Of a stretch of DNA of 64,000 bases, positions 29,938 to 40,194 are shown one piece after another. Location of the stretch: contig CAYZUL010000003.1 of NCBI GenBank assembly GCA_964481895.1, positions 9,294 to 73,293 of the forward strand. Direction: 5' to 3'. Every line of letters begins with the position of its first letter. Position 1 is the stretch's first letter. Position numbers and translations under genes: made by a program. This stretch comes from an uncultured Nitrospirota bacterium (GTDB taxonomy: Bacteria; Nitrospirota; Nitrospiria; JACRHA01). The notes beneath the pieces were generated by a model. The model ran no database searches. It was not told where the DNA came from and worked only from the letters and a program-made list of their open reading frames with translations.

Positions 29938-31013
29938 CTCATATTCCTTGGAGTTATATTTAATGATATCACTCTCCATCTGAACCTCCTTTGTTCTGCA
30001 GTAAGGGGTACATCCCTCCCGATAGTAAGGCTAGTATCCCCAACCCGGATACTCGCCAGTGGGTTTGTATAATCCGGGTCTTGTTTGCCTAATTGCACAA
30101 GTAGATATACCCTCACCTGTTTTAACCGTTTATTCAGAGTCTTTGCGTCATATCCTCCTGCGAGTACACCGCCATTATCCCAGAAATCTATTGCCCCATT
30201 CTCATCTGTATCAAGGCCGAAGGCGACCTGGAGGTCCAAAACACAGTTGAGAAGGGGTTCACCACCAGCAGGCGCAACTGTTGTCCTGCTCTCGGCCCTT
30301 AAAAGATTCTGGGTCCCCGTGGCACAGGTAGATGGAAGGGTAGAAGGAACTGTATCGCCCAGGGAATATCTGACGGCATAGAAGGGCTGAGTAGCCTGCG
30401 GATCTGCAGCATCCTGAAGTCCATACAGCAGGTTTCCTAAGGCCGGGTTTGCGAAAGCAATACTACCCACCCGTGTATTGATATTACAACATGCCCCTGT
30501 AAATACATACAACCATTGCCACACCCCTGCCACCTGCTGTGCAAGGAGCTTCTTTGTGCTAGGCTCTATCACTACGACCCTGTCGCCAATACCCAGATCC
30601 TCCCTTGCATCACCCCATGTCCTGAAGGTGGGGGTTGTATTTGCCATATATGTCCATTCCTGTGCCTGCCTTGATCCCATTCCAAGTGCCGTCCCCATAA
30701 GGGTTATGGTATCTGGAGCGACACTACTATTAGTTGCACTAACAGCCGTGGGGGAGAAATCCTGATCACCATCACCATCGTAATCATAGTCTTCTGCAAG
30801 GCCATAACCTGCCATGGTGATCTCCCTTTCCATAATACCCTTTGCTATCCCTAGCTCCATATCGGCCTCGGCTATCTTATATTCTCTGCCCATATGTTTC
30901 ACCTGGGTGGTATAGGCAACATAGATACCTGAAAGGATTATGAAGGATATGGCCAGGGACACGAGGATTTCTATCAGAGTGATTCCCCTAATATCTGTTA
31001 TATTAGATCTCAT
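29934..31013 (-). CDS. pilW: PilW-like minor pilin
   Basis: 359 aa. Prepilin motif RGITLIEILVSLAI. Confidence 0.7.
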   Translation of the reverse strand: MRSNITDIRGITLIEILVSLAISFIILSGIYVAYTTQVKHMGREYKIAEADMELGIAKGIMEREITMAGYGLAEDYDYDGDGDQDFSPTAVSATNSSVAPDTITLMGTALGMGSRQAQEWTYMANTTPTFRTWGDAREDLGIGDRVVVIEPSTKKLLAQQVAGVWQWLYVFTGACCNINTRVGSIAFANPALGNLLYGLQDAADPQATQPFYAVRYSLGDTVPSTLPSTCATGTQNLLRAESRTTVAPAGGEPLLNCVLDLQVAFGLDTDENGAIDFWDNGGVLAGGYDAKTLNKRLKQVRVYLLVQLGKQDPDYTNPLASIRVGDTSLTIGRDVPLTAEQRRFRWRVISLNITPRNMR

Positions 31014-31014
31014 C

Positions 31015-31539
31015 TTATGTTTTCCTGTGTTTATATATTACCGTGTTGTTTGAATACAGCTGTCCGCGATAGGTGAATAGGACAGCAATCTGTATTTCCC
31101 TTAGGTCATTTGTTAGCGTTGTTACATTCCAAGTAACATTATAGGTCTGTGTAAACCCCCTTATGGTCTGAATGGGATTTGGGTATTGTCGAAAATCAGG
31201 TGTTAGTGCTGCGTTGGTACTGTCATAAGGTGATAGTCCACTAAGGCCATTAACAATATTATCGAACGGCTGTGCAAGGATTATCTCTGCTACCTGAGTA
31301 GTGATTCTTATGCCTGAGTTCCTGATTTCATTTCGGCTGTTTATATCCATGGACTTGGTGGTAAGGCTTAAAAACCCGAGGATAGAAATTAAAAGGATAA
31401 CATCAGCTATCATCATCTCCAGGAGGGAAAAACCACTATCATTGGAAAGGAGATAGAGGGTAGTATGCTTGATACCCCCGTCTCCTTTACCCTCTATTCT
31501 TTGCCTACTATATTTATGATATGCTGCAATTAACCCCAT
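31015..31539 (-). CDS. pilV: PilV-like minor pilin (start uncertain)
   Basis: GFSLLEMMIADVILLISILG prepilin-type cleavage/methylation motif. No good alternative start lies closer to the motif, so the leader length is uncertain. Confidence 0.6.
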   Translation of the reverse strand: MGLIAAYHKYSRQRIEGKGDGGIKHTTLYLLSNDSGFSLLEMMIADVILLISILGFLSLTTKSMDINSRNEIRNSGIRITTQVAEIILAQPFDNIVNGLSGLSPYDSTNAALTPDFRQYPNPIQTIRGFTQTYNVTWNVTTLTNDLREIQIAVLFTYRGQLYSNNTVIYKHRKT

Positions 31540-32053
31540 CCCATGTCCCCTCTCTTATCCTGACAGGGTTTACCATAACACACCTTACCTCGGCAACCCC
31601 TGCCAGCCTCAAGACATATGTCTTGCCTATTTGACCCCAATTAGTATCCCTTGCCATCCCTCTTTTATCATATATCAGGACATCATTTGTCGGATCTGCT
31701 GCGTTACCTATTGTTACAGTTAAGAATGCTGGGAGGTTCGTAGACCGCACTCCCGCCTCCTCTCCGGTATTATCGTAGACAAAATCACTACTGATGAACT
31801 CAAAGGTTGTATAAGAGTTGTTTGACGCAAACCTTATACCAAACCCTCTACTATTTGCCGCCGAGCCTCTGGTCATTGCATCCTGCCTGATCCTTTGAAG
31901 ATCACCGAGAAGCCCCCTTGAGGCAGCGGTTAACCGATGTCTTTGAATAAAGCCAGTACCCATGGTGGCCATTGCCACAGCTATCCCTATTATAGCCACT
32001 ACAACCATAAGCTCAGTTAGTGAATAACCCTTCTTATTAGTTATGTATCGCAT
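31514..32053 (-). CDS. fimU: FimT/FimU (GspH)-like minor pilin
   Basis: MRYITNKKG|YSLTELMVVVAIIGIAVAMA. Start at ATG 32053 gives a 9-aa leader (the ORF is open to the TTG at 32083). Confidence 0.7.
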   Translation of the reverse strand: MRYITNKKGYSLTELMVVVAIIGIAVAMATMGTGFIQRHRLTAASRGLLGDLQRIRQDAMTRGSAANSRGFGIRFASNNSYTTFEFISSDFVYDNTGEEAGVRSTNLPAFLTVTIGNAADPTNDVLIYDKRGMARDTNWGQIGKTYVLRLAGVAEVRCVMVNPVRIREGTWDGVNCSIS

Positions 32054-32321
32054 ACTTGCCTTCTTTTGCAATAAAGATGCCAATTATTTTATAATAGAAT
32101 CCTCATAGTTTATAATGAATTATAGTGTAGAAAAGAAGAAATACAAGTAATTAAAGTATGAAATATAAGGGTAGCACTATGTAATTGATTACATAGTTTA
32201 AGGGGTAGGTTAGTCCCAGTAAAAAGGGTTTACTTTTCCTTTTGGGGATAGTATAATTTAGATAACATTATTATTAAATTATAAATAATTCTGCAGATTT
32301 ATATCATCATCGGAGGGATTT

Positions 32322-33821
32322 ATGGATAAGTTTATACAGCGTAAAAGGATTAAAGGTCTTCTTGTCGCAATCCTCCTTATTGGTCTGGGTATCACAGCAG
32401 GGATGATCATATCTTCTGACCTGGGTCTGTTTTCAAGCGGAGAGGCTGTAAATGAAGGGGTTAGGAAGGTTTCGGTTCCCCTGCCATTTACAGGACAGAG
32501 TTTTGTTGATGTTGCAAAGATAGCAACGCCGGCAGTGGTAAATATCTCAACCACCAGAAAGGTGGCGGGTCCCGGCAGATCCCCGCTTGATCCATTCTTT
32601 GAGGACCCCTTCTTTCGGCGGTTTTTTGGTGATGAGTTCCAAAGACGCGGGGTTCCAAAGGAGAGAAAGGAGCAATCTCTCGGATCTGGCGTTATAGTTG
32701 ATCCGGGCGGGCTTATAGTGACTAATAATCATGTAGTCTCCCAGGCCGATGAGATAGTAGTCCTATTATCGGACAGGAGGGAGTTCAAGGGTAAACTCAT
32801 TGGTACAGACCCTAAGTCTGATATTGCTGTAGTAAAGATCGAGGCAAAGGATCTGCCGTTTCTGGCGTGGGGTGACTCAGATAAGCTACAGGTGGGTGAA
32901 TATGCCCTGGCCATAGGGAATCCATTCGGCCTGAATCAGACGGTCACGGCAGGGATTATAAGCGCCGTAGGCAGGGCCAACGTTGGAATAGCAGAATATG
33001 AGGATTTCATTCAGACCGATGCAGCGATCAACCCGGGAAACTCCGGCGGGGCGCTCGTGAATGTCAAGGGGGAACTAATAGGTATTAATACAGCAATATT
33101 CAGCCGGAGCGGCGGTTATATGGGCATAGGCTTTGCTGTGCCGAGCAGCATGGCCAAGGCTGTTGTTGACAGCCTTGTTAAGTCGGGAAAGGTTGTCAGG
33201 GGGTGGCTCGGTGTCTCGATCCAGGTGATAAGTCAGGAACTGGCAAAGGAATTCGGATTGAAGGACAATAAAGGTGTCCTTGTCAGTGATGTGGCGGCAA
33301 ACAGCCCTGCTGGAAAGGGGGGGTTGTTAAGGGGAGATGTGATAACGGAGTATGACGGGAAGGTAGTTGATGAACCAAACCATCTGCGGAACATGGTTGC
33401 CCAGACCCCTATAGGAAAAAAGGTAAAGTTAAAGATCATGCGGGATAAGAGGGAAAAGGAGATAGAGCTTGCCATAGGCGAACTTCCAGCGGAGGCCCAG
33501 GTGTCAGGGGAGGAGAGGTCAGAAGGAGTGGCCGGAAATGTATTGGAAGGACTTGAGGTTGCCGACATAACCCCTGATATCGCCAGGGAGCTTGGCCTTG
33601 CCAAGGGAGAAACGGGTGTGGTTGTAACAAGCATAATTCCGGGGAGTCCTATAGAGGGGGCAGGATTGCAGGAGGGGGATGTGATAACAGAGATTAACAG
33701 GAAACCTGTGAGGAATACCAAGGACTTCGACTCAGTCGTTTCCCGGATAAAGGCCAATGAATCGGCCCTTATCCTTGTAACAAGGGCGGGAAGAAAGAGC
33801 TTTATTATCGCAAAACCATAG
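32322..33821 (+). CDS. degP: periplasmic serine endoprotease DegP/HtrA family (trypsin domain + 2 PDZ)
   Basis: 499 aa. Catalytic triad context (TNNHV, D, GNSGGAL) and two PDZ domains. Confidence 0.9.
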   Translation: MDKFIQRKRIKGLLVAILLIGLGITAGMIISSDLGLFSSGEAVNEGVRKVSVPLPFTGQSFVDVAKIATPAVVNISTTRKVAGPGRSPLDPFFEDPFFRRFFGDEFQRRGVPKERKEQSLGSGVIVDPGGLIVTNNHVVSQADEIVVLLSDRREFKGKLIGTDPKSDIAVVKIEAKDLPFLAWGDSDKLQVGEYALAIGNPFGLNQTVTAGIISAVGRANVGIAEYEDFIQTDAAINPGNSGGALVNVKGELIGINTAIFSRSGGYMGIGFAVPSSMAKAVVDSLVKSGKVVRGWLGVSIQVISQELAKEFGLKDNKGVLVSDVAANSPAGKGGLLRGDVITEYDGKVVDEPNHLRNMVAQTPIGKKVKLKIMRDKREKEIELAIGELPAEAQVSGEERSEGVAGNVLEGLEVADITPDIARELGLAKGETGVVVTSIIPGSPIEGAGLQEGDVITEINRKPVRNTKDFDSVVSRIKANESALILVTRAGRKSFIIAKP

Positions 33822-33863
33822 GTTTTGGCGTAATAAAATACAATAAAAAGGTGGTGATATAAA

Positions 33864-34883
33864 ATGATCTTAAGGGCTATATTTATATTAATAAGTTCTC
33901 TGCTTGGGTGGGCCCTCTTTTCTAATATAATGGATCTGGCTGAAGGCGGCTATTTTGGTCTTTTTGCAGGTTTTTCTACAGGCGCGGTAGTCTTGCTGCT
34001 TGAATACCAATTAAAAAAGGTTGATATAAGGACCATTATAGGGGGTTTTCTGGGATTGCTCCTTGGCACCCTTTCTGCAAGCCTACTGAGTTTTCTGAGC
34101 AGTTCCATTTTTAATGAGGATCAGTTCCTCTATTTTCCATGGAGGTTTTTCCTTCTTTTATCCTTCGGGTACCTCGGTCTTGCCTTTGGCATAAAGGCTG
34201 GGAAAGAGTTTTCTCCTACGGAGATAAGGAGGATGCTGAATGACGCCCCGGCTGAATCTAACAAAAAGATCCTTGATACAAGCGTGATTATCGATGGCAG
34301 GATAGCCGACCTGTGCGAGACAGGATTCCTTGAAGGCGTATTTATAGTGCCCCAGTTTATCCTTCAGGAACTCCAGCATATTGCCGATTCCTCCGATTCT
34401 ATGAAGAGGGCCAGGGGAAGAAGGGGCCTGGATATCCTCCACAGGGTACAAAAGATGGCAGATATAAATGTTAATATAATTGACGAGGATTTTCCGAATA
34501 TAAAGGATGTTGACTCCAAGATAGTTGCCCTGGGCAAAAAACTGGATGCCAAGGTTATTACGAATGATCTTAACCTGAATAAGGTGGCGGAACTCCAGGG
34601 GGTCAGGGTGTTAAATATAAACGAGCTGTGCAATGCCTTAAAGCCGGTTGTGTTGCCCGGTGAGAGCATGAGGGTTTTCGTCCTGAAGGAGGGTAAGGAG
34701 GCTGGTCAGGGCATTGCTTATCTTGATGATGGCACTATGATAGTGGTTGATGAGGCGCGCAGGCTTATTGGAAAGAATGCCGATGTTGTGGTAACGAGTG
34801 TACTTCAGACCACGGCAGGGCGGATGATCTTTTCGCGCCTGAAGGAGGAGACGGAGAGCGCCATCCTGCAATCTGTAAGGTAA
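33864..34883 (+). CDS. membrane PIN domain + TRAM domain protein (YacL-like)
   Basis: 339 aa. Four N-terminal TM helices, a PIN domain (ILDTSVIIDGRI...) and a C-terminal TRAM-like barrel. Confidence 0.7.
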   Translation: MILRAIFILISSLLGWALFSNIMDLAEGGYFGLFAGFSTGAVVLLLEYQLKKVDIRTIIGGFLGLLLGTLSASLLSFLSSSIFNEDQFLYFPWRFFLLLSFGYLGLAFGIKAGKEFSPTEIRRMLNDAPAESNKKILDTSVIIDGRIADLCETGFLEGVFIVPQFILQELQHIADSSDSMKRARGRRGLDILHRVQKMADINVNIIDEDFPNIKDVDSKIVALGKKLDAKVITNDLNLNKVAELQGVRVLNINELCNALKPVVLPGESMRVFVLKEGKEAGQGIAYLDDGTMIVVDEARRLIGKNADVVVTSVLQTTAGRMIFSRLKEETESAILQSVR

Positions 34884-34898
34884 ATGCAACCGACGTTG

Positions 34899-34994
34899 TC
34901 GTAGGGGGCAGGGCTTGCCATGCTCAGCGAGCAAAGCGAGCGTTGAGGGGGAGGCGACGATCATCTGTCGGTGGAGGGGGCGACGCAAGCCCCT
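34899..34994. repeat. GC-rich intergenic repeat, copy C (forward orientation, single unit)
   Basis: CAGCGAGCAAAGCGAGCGTTGAGGGGGAGGCGACGATCATCTGTCGGTGGAGGGGGCGACGCAAGCCCCT. It ends immediately before the ispD RBS, as copy A does before purS. Confidence 0.8.
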
Positions 34995-35010
34995 GTAATA
35001 GGAGGGATGG

Positions 35011-35712
35011 TTGAAGGTTACTGCACTTATCCCGTCTGCCGGGATCGGGAAGAGGATGGGAACAGAAAGGCCGAAGCAGTTTCTTGCTATCAATGGCCTT
35101 CCTATCCTTGTTTATACACTTAAGGTCTTTGAGGCCCTCCCTGAGATTGACGAGATCAATCTTATAGTCCATAAAGGAGAAGAGGGTTACTGCGAGAAGA
35201 TCATTGAAGGGTATAAGTTAAAGAAGGTGCTGAAGATCGTCTTTGGGGGTAAGACCCGTCAGGAGTCTGTCTATAACGGCCTCAAAGAGGTAAACGATGA
35301 GACCGGCATTGTAGTTATACATGATGCTGTCAGGCCCTTTGTTACTCCTGAAATAATAAGAAAGTCGATAAAGACTGCCAGATATTCTGACGGTGCCGTA
35401 GCGGCAATACCCGTAAGGGACACCATGAAATATGCAGGCGAGAAGGGTATTATAGAAAGGACCGTCAGCCGTTCAAACCTCTGGCTTGCCCAGACACCCC
35501 AGACCTTTAGATTGGATATCATTAAGGAGGCATACCACAGGGCATTTCTGGATAACTTCTCTGCGACTGATGATTCCTCCCTGGTCGAGAGAATCGGCTA
35601 TAAGGTAAAGCTGATTGAAGGCTCGTATACCAATATTAAGATTACTGCCCCCGAGGATATAATTCTTGCCCAAAGGATGCTTGATAAAGTAAGCCCTGCC
35701 TTGGTGCTGTGA
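35011..35712 (+). CDS. ispD: 2-C-methyl-D-erythritol 4-phosphate cytidylyltransferase
   Basis: ALIPSAGIGKRMG...KQF IspD N-terminus. TTG start at 35011 with RBS GGAGGG. Confidence 0.85.
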   Translation: MKVTALIPSAGIGKRMGTERPKQFLAINGLPILVYTLKVFEALPEIDEINLIVHKGEEGYCEKIIEGYKLKKVLKIVFGGKTRQESVYNGLKEVNDETGIVVIHDAVRPFVTPEIIRKSIKTARYSDGAVAAIPVRDTMKYAGEKGIIERTVSRSNLWLAQTPQTFRLDIIKEAYHRAFLDNFSATDDSSLVERIGYKVKLIEGSYTNIKITAPEDIILAQRMLDKVSPALVL

Positions 35713-35731
35713 TAAGGCCGGGGACAGGGAG

Positions 35732-36241
35732 ATGATAAGGACAGGCATAGGATATGATGTTCATCGTTTCTGCAAGGGAAGAAGGCTGGTCTTGGGCGGC
35801 ATTGAAATTCCTTTTGCGGAAGGACTTGCCGGTCATTCAGATGCAGATGTCCTGCTCCATGCCATGTGCGATGCAATGCTTGGCGCAATAGGGGAGGGGG
35901 ATATCGGTCAGCACTTCCCGGATCATGACATGCGATTCAAGGGCATTTCAAGCATGAGACTCCTTGAGGACGTGGCAGGGCTGCTAAAAAGAAAGGGATT
36001 TATATTGCTTAATATCGATTCGACAATAATCGCTGAAAGACCCAGGGTATCGGGCTTTGTCATGGGGATGAGGGAGAATATGGCAGGCTTACTGGGACTC
36101 GATATAGGGTGTGTAAATATAAAGGCGACAACGAACGAGGGCCTTGGTTTTATCGGAAGAGGAGAAGGGATTGCTGCCCAGGCAGTCTGCACAGTAAGAA
36201 AGGTAGACTCTACTGATGATGCGGATCCTTCTTTGATTTAG
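35732..36241 (+). CDS. ispF: 2-C-methyl-D-erythritol 2,4-cyclodiphosphate synthase
   Basis: 169 aa. RTGIGYDVHRF...HSDADVLLHA signature. Confidence 0.9.
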   Translation: MIRTGIGYDVHRFCKGRRLVLGGIEIPFAEGLAGHSDADVLLHAMCDAMLGAIGEGDIGQHFPDHDMRFKGISSMRLLEDVAGLLKRKGFILLNIDSTIIAERPRVSGFVMGMRENMAGLLGLDIGCVNIKATTNEGLGFIGRGEGIAAQAVCTVRKVDSTDDADPSLI

Positions 36242-36998
36242 ACCTCAATTGGGCATTCTCAAGGGCTACCGATGCATAGTGGGCAAATACGGAGAGGAGT
36301 TCCAGGTCATATTCCGTAAAGGCATGCCTCTCATTGCTAAAACAAGAGCAGTTAAGAACCCCGATCACCTTAACGCCTAAGCTCAAAGGGACACAAAGGG
36401 AAGAGAAAATATCGGCCTCCTTATCGATAAAATTGATAAAGCGGCCCCCCTTTACCTTGCCTGGCAGGATTATTGGTTCTCCTGTTTTGGCTACCCAGCC
36501 TGCTACACCCTCACCGATCTTCTGGGGTTTGAAGAATTTTTCCTCCAGGCCTGATGATGCTGCAACAATAAGGGTTTCACCCTTTTCATCAATAAGCATG
36601 ATTGAACTTCTGCTTATTTTAAACAATTCGAGAACGGATTTTAAAAGCTTATCCAGCGCCTTATGGGGTTCCTTTTCCAGGCTCACCGCTTCAACGGCCT
36701 TATGGAGAGTTGAGATCTCCTTGAGCTTTGTGTTCAGCAGTGATATTGTAACCTCCTGTTCTAATGTCTGGAGCTCTTCAATCCTCAATTGCCGGTTTAA
36801 TTCCATCAGTCTCCGTTCTTTGTCGACCACATATGAGCAGAAGAGGAAAGAAAAGATCCCCAGGAAGATGAGGAAAGTGCTTTTGCTTTCCAGAAAATAG
36901 GACAGGGCTATTACTGAGGTAGAGTAGACGGCTATTACCAGGATGGCGATAATCCAGAGTTCACGCCGCCTTTTTTCTATATCATTCCGTTTCATCAC
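36210..36998 (-). CDS. membrane-anchored GAF domain protein
   Basis: 262 aa. Two TM helices, a coiled-coil and a GAF domain (GEGVAGWVAKTGEPIIL). Confidence 0.65.
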   Translation of the reverse strand: MMKRNDIEKRRRELWIIAILVIAVYSTSVIALSYFLESKSTFLIFLGIFSFLFCSYVVDKERRLMELNRQLRIEELQTLEQEVTISLLNTKLKEISTLHKAVEAVSLEKEPHKALDKLLKSVLELFKISRSSIMLIDEKGETLIVAASSGLEEKFFKPQKIGEGVAGWVAKTGEPIILPGKVKGGRFINFIDKEADIFSSLCVPLSLGVKVIGVLNCSCFSNERHAFTEYDLELLSVFAHYASVALENAQLRSKSKKDPHHQ

Positions 36999-37059
36999 AG
37001 TTTGTTTTTTCTATGCACTATTTTTTAAATGGCGGCCTGTGGCAGCCGAACCAGCCTGA

Positions 37060-37338
37060 TCAGTCCGGAAAGTAGACCCAGGGCTTCCTTTCGGCCAGAT
37101 ATCTGTCGCCAAGATAATTGAGCCTTGCCCTGATCTTTTTAAATCCCCTTTTTTTAAGTTCATATGCCAACCCCTTTAATGCCTCATCCTGTGAAGGATA
37201 GGAATTTGCCAGGATATTAAGGCCCTCGTAATTAAAAGAAACAGAGAAGAGACCTTCTGATGCCGATATTGTAACAGACCTGTCAAAGTATCTTCCTTCA
37301 TTATCAAAACCTTCCAGTTGGTAGATAGAAGAAGTCAT
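37060..37338 (-). CDS. hypothetical protein
   Basis: 92-aa ORF with good coding appearance downstream of argB. No family recognised. Confidence 0.4.
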   Translation of the reverse strand: MTSSIYQLEGFDNEGRYFDRSVTISASEGLFSVSFNYEGLNILANSYPSQDEALKGLAYELKKRGFKKIRARLNYLGDRYLAERKPWVYFPD

Positions 37339-37361
37339 AACGTGTACTCCATATGTTTTTG

Positions 37362-38258
37362 TTATGAGATTATCTCTGTGCCGATACCTTTATCTGTAAA
37401 TACCTCAAGGAGGATAGCATGGGGAATCCTCCCGTCGATAATGTGCGTCTTTTTTACGCCCCCTTCAAGTGCAGCAAGACATGACCTTACCTTCGGGAGC
37501 ATGCCGTCGCTGATAACCTCATCCCGTATCAACTTTGACGTCTCCTTCTTTGAGAGGGTTGAAAACAGTCTCCCATCCTTATCCAGTATCCCCTGCACAT
37601 CTGTAAGGAATATGAGCTTCTCTGCCTTTAGGGCTGATGCAACTGAGCCTGCGGCAATATCCGCATTTATGTTGTAGCCCTTCCCATCCCTGTCTGCGCC
37701 TATAGGGGCAATCACAGGAATGAACCTGTCCCCCTCAAGACAGGAGAGGAGTCTTGGATCAACCTCCTCGACCTCTCCGGCCATCCCCATGTCAGGGGAT
37801 CCCGCTTTATTTCTCTTTGGTCTATCCAGTTCAATCTGTTTTGCAGTAATCAGTCTGCCATCCTTTCCTGTCAGACCGACGGCTTTTCCGCCATGCCTGT
37901 TTATTGCAGTGACGATCTCCTTATTTATGGTGCCGCCCAGAACCATCTCGACTATCTCCATTGTCTCCTTGTCAGTAACCCTTATCCCCTTTATAAACTG
38001 CGGTTCCTTTCCAAGCCTCTTCATCATTGAGGAAATCTGCGGTCCTCCTCCATGTACGATTACAGGGTTCATCCCGACATACTTCATCAGTACAACATCC
38101 TGAGCAAATGTTTCCTTTAGTTCTTCATCCACCATCGCCTTTCCGCCGTACTTTATTACCACTGTTTTTCCAAAGAATGTGCGGATATAGGGGAGGGCCT
38201 CAATCAGGATATCAGCCTTTTTTATAATCCTTTCCATTGATTCTCTGTCAGGTATCAT
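37362..38258 (-). CDS. argB: acetylglutamate kinase
   Basis: 298 aa. [10 protein letters not shown]...VHGGGPQI amino acid kinase motifs. Confidence 0.9.
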   Translation of the reverse strand: MIPDRESMERIIKKADILIEALPYIRTFFGKTVVIKYGGKAMVDEELKETFAQDVVLMKYVGMNPVIVHGGGPQISSMMKRLGKEPQFIKGIRVTDKETMEIVEMVLGGTINKEIVTAINRHGGKAVGLTGKDGRLITAKQIELDRPKRNKAGSPDMGMAGEVEEVDPRLLSCLEGDRFIPVIAPIGADRDGKGYNINADIAAGSVASALKAEKLIFLTDVQGILDKDGRLFSTLSKKETSKLIRDEVISDGMLPKVRSCLAALEGGVKKTHIIDGRIPHAILLEVFTDKGIGTEIIS

Positions 38259-39634
38259 AAAATATACCTTGTAAGGTCCTCATTCTTTATTATACCGGCA
38301 AGCTTCTCCCTTACATATTTTGAATCTATCTTAAATTCCTTCTCTTTAGAGTCAGGGGCGTTAAATGAGATCTCATCCAGGAGCTTTTCAAGTATGGTAA
38401 AAAGCCTTCTTGCCCCTATGTTTTCGGCCCTCTCATTTACGGAGACCGTTATGGATGCTATCTCTTCAATCGCATCATCTGAAAAATCAAGTTTGACACC
38501 CTCGGTCTCAAGGAGGGCTATATACTGTTTTATCAATGCATTCTTGGGTTCAGTGAGAATTCTTATAAAATCTTCCTTTACAAGGGATTCAAGTTCTACA
38601 CGGATTGGAAAGCGCCCCTGGAGTTCAGGGATCAGGTCCGATGGTTTTGATACATGAAAAGCCCCGGCAGCTATAAATAATATATGGTCTGTCTTCACAA
38701 CTCCATACTTTGTAGTGACCGTAGACCCCTCAACTATAGGAAGCAGGTCTCTCTGTACCCCCTCCCTTGATACATCCGGACCGGCCCCCCTTTCCCTGCT
38801 TGCAATCTTGTCTATCTCATCAAGGAATATTATGCCTGACTGCTCTACCTTTGCGATGGCATCCCTTGTTACTTCATCCATGTCGATCAGCTTCTGGGCC
38901 TCTTCCTGGGTAATGGTCTTCAGTGCCTCCGGGACCTTCATCCTGACCTTCTTCTTTTTCCCGGGTAAGAGACCCCCGAACATCTCCCTCAGGTTTATCT
39001 CGAGATCTTCCATCCCTATGTTGGATATTACACCTATGGGAAGGGTCTTGTCCTTTACCTCAAGCTCGACAAATCTGCTATTGAGCTTCCCCTCTGCCAG
39101 CTGCTGCCGTAATTTTTCCCTTGTATGCTCATAAGATTCCGGGAGCTCGTGGGTAACTGCTTCACCCCTTCCCTCAGTGAATATACCAGGGGGTGGTTTC
39201 ATGGCAGGAGGAGGGAGCAGCAGATCCATGATCCTCTCTTCCGCCTGTTTTGCCGCCTTTTCCCTTACCTTCTCATAGTGTTCGGCCTTGACCATATTTA
39301 CAGAGAGCTCAACTAAGTCGCGAATCATCGACTCGACATCTCTGCCGACATAACCGACCTCAGTAAATTTTGATGCCTCTATTTTCAAAAATGGGGCCTT
39401 GGCCAGTTTTGCAAGCCTCCTTGATATCTCTGTCTTCCCAACGCCGGTTGGCCCTATCATTATTATATTTTTAGGCAGTACCTCATCCCTCAGGTCATCA
39501 GAAAGCCTCTGCCTGCGCCACCTGTTCCTCAAGGCTATGGCGACCATCCTCTTGGCATTATTCTGCCCTATTATATATTTGTCAAGCTCCTTAACAATCT
39601 CTTTCGGGACAAGACCCTCTACCATCTCCGTCAT
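38255..39634 (-). CDS. hslU: ATP-dependent protease ATPase subunit HslU
   Basis: 459 aa. [17 protein letters not shown], Walker A GPTGVGKT and an I-domain. Confidence 0.95.
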   Translation of the reverse strand: MTEMVEGLVPKEIVKELDKYIIGQNNAKRMVAIALRNRWRRQRLSDDLRDEVLPKNIIMIGPTGVGKTEISRRLAKLAKAPFLKIEASKFTEVGYVGRDVESMIRDLVELSVNMVKAEHYEKVREKAAKQAEERIMDLLLPPPAMKPPPGIFTEGRGEAVTHELPESYEHTREKLRQQLAEGKLNSRFVELEVKDKTLPIGVISNIGMEDLEINLREMFGGLLPGKKKKVRMKVPEALKTITQEEAQKLIDMDEVTRDAIAKVEQSGIIFLDEIDKIASRERGAGPDVSREGVQRDLLPIVEGSTVTTKYGVVKTDHILFIAAGAFHVSKPSDLIPELQGRFPIRVELESLVKEDFIRILTEPKNALIKQYIALLETEGVKLDFSDDAIEEIASITVSVNERAENIGARRLFTILEKLLDEISFNAPDSKEKEFKIDSKYVREKLAGIIKNEDLTRYIL

Positions 39635-40194
39635 TATTTCAACTCCTCTACGATGATCTCCTTATTGGTATATATATCAATATCAGCGGCTATCAGCATA
39701 GCAGTTTTTGCGATAGTTGCCGCATCAAGGTCAGAATGGGATACCAGCGCCCTTGCCGCGGAAAGCGCATAGGGCCCACCGGACCCTATCGCCAGGATAC
39801 CGTCCTCCGGTTCTATGACATCCCCTGTCCCTGATATGAGAAAAGAATGCTCCCTGTCTGCAATTATAAGCAGCGCCTCTAGTCTCCTTAATACCCTGTC
39901 TGTCCTCCAGTCCTTTGCAAGCTCAACAGCAGCCCTGGTAATGTTCCCTTTATACTCCTCGATCTTTGCCTCAAACTTTTCAAAGAGTGTGAGCGCATCT
40001 GCCGTTGCCCCGGCAAACCCGGTCAGAATCTTGTCATTATACATTTTCCGCAGCTTCTTCGCATTATTCTTCATCACAGTTGTTCCCATTGTTATCTGTC
40101 CATCGGCTGCTATGGCGACCATTCCCTTATGCCTTATGCAGATGACAGTTGTGCTGCGTATCCTGTTTTTATTTTCTCGTCTTCCTTTTTCCAT
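39634..40194 (-). CDS. hslV: ATP-dependent protease subunit HslV
   Basis: [23 protein letters not shown] Ntn-hydrolase core. A 14-aa N-terminal extension precedes the catalytic Thr, so there is a possible propeptide or a mis-called start. Confidence 0.88.
   Translation of the reverse strand: MEKGRRENKNRIRSTTVICIRHKGMVAIAADGQITMGTTVMKNNAKKLRKMYNDKILTGFAGATADALTLFEKFEAKIEEYKGNITRAAVELAKDWRTDRVLRRLEALLIIADREHSFLISGTGDVIEPEDGILAIGSGGPYALSAARALVSHSDLDAATIAKTAMLIAADIDIYTNKEIIVEELK

Noticed and set aside
32066-32083. Sigma54-like motif on the minus strand (TTGGCAT-N5-TTGCAA, 1 mismatch to TGGCAC-N5-TTGCW) near the start of the fimU-like gene
   Set aside because: The -12 element would sit only ~6 nt upstream of the preferred start codon (32053) and inside the ORF if the TTG at 32083 were used. 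That geometry is incompatible with a functional promoter for this gene, so the match is probably coincidental.
33233-33757. 174-aa minus-strand ORF
   Set aside because: Antisense shadow inside degP.
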